A stretch of 25,177 nucleotides of DNA, from the IMG/VR virus record IMGVR_UViG_3300048999_000159, positions 1 through 25,177 of that record; one strand, written 5' to 3'. The stretch is from a virus. Lineage: Duplodnaviria; Caudoviricetes. The notes beneath the pieces were generated by a model that saw nothing but the letters and a program-made list of their open reading frames with translations, was not told the DNA's origin and ran no database searches. Shown piece after piece: positions 23,652 to 25,177 of this stretch; positions within the stretch are counted from its first letter, which is position 1; each line of letters starts with the position of its first letter. The position numbers and the translations under genes were made by a program.

Positions 23652-23730
23652 CGTTTGTGGATACCCAACAAACGCGCCGGTCCGACGAAACCACGCGGGC
23701 GGTTACGAAACCAGGAAATCCATTACCTTC
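23652..23730 (-). promoter_or_regulatory. AT-enriched regulatory region with tandem 9-mers and a hairpin
   Basis: ACGAAACCA at 23685 and 23705 (20-bp period); CGTTTGT-N9-ACAAACG at 23652-23674; no clear -35/-10 pair identified. Confidence 0.45.
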
Positions 23731-23801
23731 TCGATGCCCGGCGTTTAGCAGAGCCCTACAACGGACGACCCTTCTGCCCCTGGCGTCACGCTGTCCGGGT
23801 G

Positions 23802-23990
23802 TCATCGTCGGCTCCTGGCGGAGGCGAGGTGCCAGCAGCCGCAGTCCGGGCACCGGTAGGCGGTTCCGGGCCGGTGTCGGCGGTGACCGGTGCGGGGCTT
23901 GGTGCGTCGCTGAACCTTGGCGAGGACGCGGAAGGCGGCCTGCGGTGACGGGTAGGGCACTTTGCCGATCGGGCAGCTGGCGGCGGTCAT
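23802..23990 (-). CDS. Small basic zinc-finger protein, 62 aa
   Basis: C..GK..Y.S...A and AYRCPDCGCWHL motifs; GGAG RBS. Confidence 0.8.
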   Translation of the reverse strand: MTAASCPIGKVPYPSPQAAFRVLAKVQRRTKPRTGHRRHRPGTAYRCPDCGCWHLASARSRR

Positions 23991-24125
23991 CGTTGGGGTG
24001 CTCCGTCCGAGGGTCCGGCGGGCCGGACCCTGGAACGGCTCCGGTCGCTGCGTGGCGTGGGTGCGGCGAGAGAGGGTGCCCGGTCCGCGGTCCTCCGGGC
24101 TAGGTGTGCGGCGGGAACATCCAGG

Positions 24126-24959
24126 TCAGAACGGCGGCGCGGTCCGGCCGGCTGTCCGTCTGCGGCTACTGCGAGGGTCCGGTGGGCCGGACCCTGCGGC
24201 GATCAGCGTCGGAACGGCCGTGCGGGCCAGGCCGACGACGAGGTCGGGGTGGCAGTCGGGGCATTTCGCGACGGCGTCGGTGAGGCGGCCCCGTCGACGG
24301 TCCTCGGGGCTGCAGTCGGGATCGCCGCACCACTGCACGGCGGCTCGGCGCATGTCGAGCTGCGCGGCGGCGACGGCTTCGGCGGCAGCGGCCGCTCGGA
24401 GCGCGGAGCGGGGGCTGGTGCCGCAGGGGCGGCAGCCGGATGTCTTCCCGTGGGCGCATCGGCGCCCCCCAGCTCGGCTGGGGGGTTGGGGGGTAGTCGG
24501 ACGTTCAGGACGTTCGGGTGACACCCAGGTGTCACCCCTGGAACGACAGAGCTGTGTCACCCCGGGTGACAACCTGTCGCCCCCCTCGCCGACCTCCGGA
24601 GGGGGTGACAACTTGTCACCCCCTCCGGGGTTGCCCACAGCTTTTTCCACCGCGGCCGGGCGCTTCCTGGAGGCCTTGTCCGGCTTCTTCGCCGCGTCGT
24701 CCATGTGCACCCGGTAGCGGTGGGTTCCGTTCTGTCCGGCCCCTCGCACGACCGTGAGGCAGCCGATCTCCTCGAGGTGCTGGATGCGCCGCTGAACCGT
24801 GCGTTCGGAGCAGGTGGCCTTGTCGGCGAGTGTCTTGACCGAGGGCCACGCGTGGTCACCGTCGTCGCCGGCGTGATCGGCGATCGCCAGGAGGAGCAGC
24901 CGGTCGTTGCCGGTCGTCTTGGAGTACTTCCACACCCAGGCCGAGCACTCGACGCTCAC
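24126..24959 (-). CDS. Phage replication initiator (N-terminal winged HTH), 277 aa
   Basis: RLLLLAIADHA.DDG..AWPSVKTLA....CSERTVQRRI..LEE.G motif; low-complexity repeat-containing middle; Cys-rich C-terminus. Confidence 0.85.
   Translation of the reverse strand: MSVECSAWVWKYSKTTGNDRLLLLAIADHAGDDGDHAWPSVKTLADKATCSERTVQRRIQHLEEIGCLTVVRGAGQNGTHRYRVHMDDAAKKPDKASRKRPAAVEKAVGNPGGGDKLSPPPEVGEGGDRLSPGVTQLCRSRGDTWVSPERPERPTTPQPPSRAGGRRCAHGKTSGCRPCGTSPRSALRAAAAAEAVAAAQLDMRRAAVQWCGDPDCSPEDRRRGRLTDAVAKCPDCHPDLVVGLARTAVPTLIAAGSGPPDPRSSRRRTAGRTAPPF
24499..24651. repeat. Iteron-like palindromes and DnaA-box-like pair inside the rep gene (putative origin)
   Basis: GGGTGACACC-CA-GGTGTCACCC (24516-24537), GACA-N6-TGTCACCC (24545-24562), GGGTGACA-ACC-TGTCGCCC (24564-24582), perfect CCGGAGGGGGTGACAA-C-TTGTCACCCCCTCCGG (24596-24628), then TTGCCCACA-GCT-TTTTCCACC. 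Confidence 0.75.
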
Positions 24960-25177
24960 GAGGCAACGTCCTCGTCGACGTCGACGTCGACCTGCTCGAG
25001 CTCACCGCCGGCGGCTGCGTCGTGCAGCCGGCGACGGTCGGCGAACGTTGTGCCGCCCCAGACTCCCTCGATGGCCATGCCGTCGATGCGGGTGGTCATC
25101 GCGTAGCGACGGCATGGGTTGAGGAACTCGCAGCCGGCGCAGAGCTTCTTGGCCTCGGTCCCGCGGGCGCCGTTCTT
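24956..25177 (-). CDS. whiB: WhiB-family transcription factor, C-terminal part (start outside the window)
   Basis: Translates KNGARGTEAKKLCAGCEFLNPCRRYAMTTRIDGMAIEGVWGGTTFADRRRL...; C-x2-C-x5-C and GVWGG; its stop overlaps the rep GTG. Missing from the ORF track. Confidence 0.9.
   Translation of the reverse strand, partial: KNGARGTEAKKLCAGCEFLNPCRRYAMTTRIDGMAIEGVWGGTTFADRRRLHDAAAGGELEQVDVDVDEDVAS

Larger units (their letters stand above)
1..25177 (-). mobile_element. Actinobacterial siphovirus-type prophage/phage segment (replication, accessory, packaging, head and tail modules)
   Basis: Canonical HNH-terS-terL-portal-MuF-scaffold-MCP-connectors-MTP-chaperone-TMP-Dit-hub order, all on the minus strand with overlapping stop/start codons; WhiB genes and very high GC point to an actinomycete host. 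Ends and integration state are not visible. Confidence 0.95.

Noticed and set aside
23623-23853. N-terminal extension of the 23227 ORF from 23853 or 23805
   Set aside because: Many A/T-ending codons atypical of this phage; a strong GGAGGA RBS precedes the ATG at 23622.
23991-24125. Gap after rep containing a 6-codon ORF (MFPPHT)
   Set aside because: No RBS, coupling or clear terminator; nothing supportable.
1-25177. Diversity-generating retroelement, retron, intron/intein, integrase or att site
   Set aside because: No reverse transcriptase, long TR/VR repeat pair, intein motifs or recombinase seen in this window.

Overview
High-GC actinobacterial siphovirus-type (pro)phage segment. Every credible gene lies on the minus strand, and most are joined by overlapping stop/start codons (ATGA, GTGA, TGATG). 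Reading in the direction of transcription (right to left): a partial WhiB; an HTH replication initiator carrying an internal iteron/DnaA-box origin; an accessory block of small genes; a late promoter with a long structured leader; four tiny Cys-rich genes including a second WhiB; then the packaging and virion genes. The accessory block includes an Acb2/Tad1-like putative nucleotide sponge coupled to a KKP-motif protein, a papain-like peptidase, a HicA/HicB-like module whose HicA has no histidine, and DUF6221. The virion module runs HNH, TerS, a large terminase split into two genes, portal, MuF-like, scaffold, major capsid with an inserted domain, head-tail connectors, major tail, a -1 frameshifted tail chaperone, tape measure, Dit and hub. 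No integrase, repressor or lysis genes fall in the window. The best leads are the putative counter-defence gene pair (21694-22328), the His-less HicA with an alternative-pairing intergenic RNA, and the structured late leader. Family assignments come from motif recognition only; no database search was run.
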